This document shows positions 61,823 to 64,000 of a stretch of 64,000 nucleotides of DNA, in pieces (the stretch's first letter is position 1; each line of letters begins with the position of its first letter). Under the pieces are notes generated by a model, which was not told the DNA's origin, did no database searches, and saw only the letters and a list, made by a program, of their open reading frames with translations. The position numbers and the translations under genes are program-made. Source of the DNA: Microcystaceae cyanobacterium. GTDB taxonomy: Bacteria; Cyanobacteriota; Cyanobacteriia; Cyanobacteriales; Microcystaceae. The stretch covers positions 19,269 through 83,268 of the forward strand of contig JBGTGT010000084.1 of assembly GCA_041746575.1 (NCBI GenBank). The letters run 5' to 3'.

Positions 61823-63810
61823 ATGAATATGAAAAAGTCAGTCGGTCAAATTCCTGCCGAGCATTTAACCATTTTGCATCGCCCATTTAACGATATCGAT
61901 TGGCTCGCCGAAGCTTTAAATGCCGGCTCTTATTGGCAACTTCAGTTTACCCAACTGAAATTGCAGCCATTTCAATGCGATTTGCTATTTGTAGAATTTG
62001 ACGATGCTCAATTTTTTTTCTAAAATCCGCCTGTCCATTTCGATGTTTTTGGGAAAAAGTGGCTGGATACGTGATATTTTCTTTTGTGCTAGAAGCTAAC
62101 GGACGCATTTTGATAGCTCATGACTCTCAAGTTGATGAGGACACTTTGTTTGGATTTGATTCCCATCGTTATATTATCGTTATATTAATGTAGTTATACC
62201 GTCAGACTTTTTAAGTAGGTCGGCACAATTAAACGACTAAACAGTAGTCATTTTTACTTTCTTCTTTTTCAATAAATCTTATCTAATTAAATCTAAATCT
62301 TTCGCAAACGCAATTATTCTTTTTACTCCTTTTTTCTAAGCCATCTATAACAGCCATTGCTAGGTCATATTCATCCTCAAACATCCTCCCAGATAATTCA
62401 TGAGTTTTTAATTGATGCCACTCTGGTTCAATTAAATTAAGTTCTGGACTATAAGCAGAAATAAAGAAAAATTCTAATCCTTGTTTCTTCCATGTTTCGA
62501 GATTCTTTTTGACTTCTTTACTTTTATGGACACTATAATTGTCTAAAACAATCACTGTTATTTGTCCCGTTTTCTTCAGTACTTCTTCAGTACTTCTTCA
62601 GCTTTTTTGGCTTGCCAATTTATCATTTCTATATAAGATTTACTTTTAAATCCTCCTAATTTTAGTCCATATTCAAAGCTTTCTTCTTGGCTGAATATCC
62701 CTAAGATACTTAATCGTTTACCTCTCTTTTTCTTTTGCTATATTTTTTTCTGTTCTCCTTTCTTACTGTAACTATAACTCTCTGAACTCCACAGAGAAAA
62801 TCCGGCTTCATCCAAATATTTTAATTTGATGTATCCTTTCTCCTCGTAGTGTTTTAGCTTCTCTAACTCTCTTTTTTTCTGACAAAATTCTTGTTCTTTT
62901 TGCTTCCCTTTTAAGCTAACTCTTGTCCTTTTCCATCTTCCATCTTTTTTTTTTAGATTTTTCTGAGGCGGTCATGACTTATTTCTACAGACCTTTCTTG
63001 TTTTAATTTCTCTACCAATTGGCGACTATTATAAGTTCTTTCATCTTTTTCCAAACATTCTTCGATATAGTTTATATCTTCAGCCGTCCAGACAGGTTTT
63101 CTTCCCGAACGTGGGGCATCAAATAATCCCTCTCTTCCTTGAGTTAACCAACGGTAAAATGTTTGACGAACTGTCTTATCTGCACAGTTTATATGAGCGG
63201 CTATTGCTGATACCTTCCATTCTTTATCACTTAATAGTAAAGCTTCGGCTCTTTGCTGAGTTCTTTGGGGAATTTTTGGGTTAGTTTTTAACTCACATAA
63301 GCATTGCTTTTCTTCAGGGGTTAGACGGATTCTTAGAGGAGAAGGCATAGTGGGTATTCTAGGTTTTTTGGTATTTTTACATTTTACCTTTATTTATGCC
63401 GACCTACTTACTTTGTACCGTGCAAATCAAACAAGCAGTGTTTGAAGAGTATTTGCAAATCGCTAATCGTTCAGACATTGATCGGCGATTTTTCGCGACT
63501 AATTTTCTGTATTCTCCGATGACGCTACTGACCGTCCGCACCTATCTCAAGCAACTGCAATATTTAGCTTGGCACCAGCCTCACCTGCTCAAACGCCCTT
63601 ACCTAAAAAAGCTAATTTTGGAAGATTTCATTCCCTTATTGGTTGATAGAATTCCCCTTAGAGAAAAAGTTACCCAACCGCTATCCACCTTGAGCCGAGT
63701 ACCTATAGTCAAACAGGCAGAAGATTACATGATGGCAAACTTAGAGCGACCCCTCACATTAAAGGATATCTGCGAGACACTCCATGTCAGCCGTCGCCCC
63801 CTTTTTTATG
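61823..63810 (+). pseudogene. AraC-family transcriptional regulator, multiply disrupted
   Basis: Frameshift in T-run 62012-62019, 11-bp tandem duplication 62165-62186, IS630 at 62214-63408, and a second element at 63811 inside the HTH (AEDYMMANLERPLTLKDICETLHVSRRPLFY). Frames rejoin when the lesions are removed (...VVIPSDFL|LCTVQIKQ...). Confidence 0.85.
62214..63408 (-). mobile_element. IS630-family insertion sequence (1195 bp), transposase inactivated
   Basis: TIRs AGTAGGTCGGCACAATTAAA / AGTAGGTCGGCATAAATAAA with TA duplicated on both sides; HTH ORF 62953-63348; DDE part with YLDEAGF, IVLDNYSVH, AYSPELNLIE; internal stops and an 11-bp duplication. Confidence 0.93.
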
Positions 63811-64000
63811 ACGTGAGTTCGACAGAGGAAAAAAACCACTTCTGTTCTGCCAAAATAAAATCAAGCCATGAGGATTTTAAGCGATCGCCCTTGAAGAGCG
63901 ATCGCTTAAAATAAAAAGATATTTCTCATTAAAAAATAGCAGGAGGAAAAGACCTCTATCCTTTTGGCTTCCAATCCAGAGACGGTTTTTGAGGCAAATA
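63811..64000. mobile_element. End of a third ACGTGAGTTCG-terminated element (runs off window)
   Basis: ACGTGAGTTCGAC begins exactly where AraC similarity stops; internal sequence differs from the two MITEs. Confidence 0.75.

Larger units (their letters stand above)
180..63905. repeat. HIP1 octamer GCGATCGC, dispersed
   Basis: Well over a dozen copies seen by eye (e.g. near 180, 2808, 11246, 15925, 26693, 37101, 45582, 63880) in an AT-rich sequence; a cyanobacterial hallmark. Confidence 0.9.

Noticed and set aside
63396..63914. 172-aa ORF as an independent gene
   Set aside because: Its ATG lies inside the IS630 TIR and its last ~34 codons come from the inserted element; it is a fragment of the AraC pseudogene.
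1..64000. CRISPR array, rRNA, prophage or integron
   Set aside because: No regularly spaced direct repeats, rRNA-like sequence, phage genes or integrase seen; tRNA-Ser has no flanking att-like duplication that I could find.

Overview
AT-rich cyanobacterial chromosome segment: HIP1 octamer GCGATCGC is abundant, and rpaB, ndhF4, psb29, cyanobacterial hfq-comFB and hps glycosyltransferases are present. Most of the window is housekeeping and polysaccharide genes (menE, gmd/fcl, rnz, recR, uvrB, dapF, typA, cobU, rfbA, phoH, holB, msrA, pepP, tRNA-Ser). Highlights: (1) a c-di-GMP locus at about 38.2-49.6 kb (diguanylate cyclase, two FHA-GGDEF-EAL proteins, small ORFs, orphan histidine kinase, cellulose synthase-like GT2). 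Three successive promoters in it carry a CRP-type box exactly 21 nt upstream of a TACA(T/G)T -10 element, one also has a perfect RpaB HLR1 site, and a fourth box precedes a candidate sRNA. (2) A glutamine (glnA-motif) riboswitch with an anti-SD platform in front of an uncharacterised 69-aa protein. (3) A stand-alone 1089-aa tubulin/FtsZ-like GTPase with a zinc ribbon. (4) A probable ATT start codon for recR. (5) A family of miniature elements with ACGTGAGTTCG termini, which has broken a Uma2 gene and, together with a decayed IS630, an AraC gene. (6) An acyl-CoA dehydrogenase-ACP-MBOAT operon. No CRISPR array or rRNA was seen. All family assignments come from motif recognition by eye; no database searches were run.
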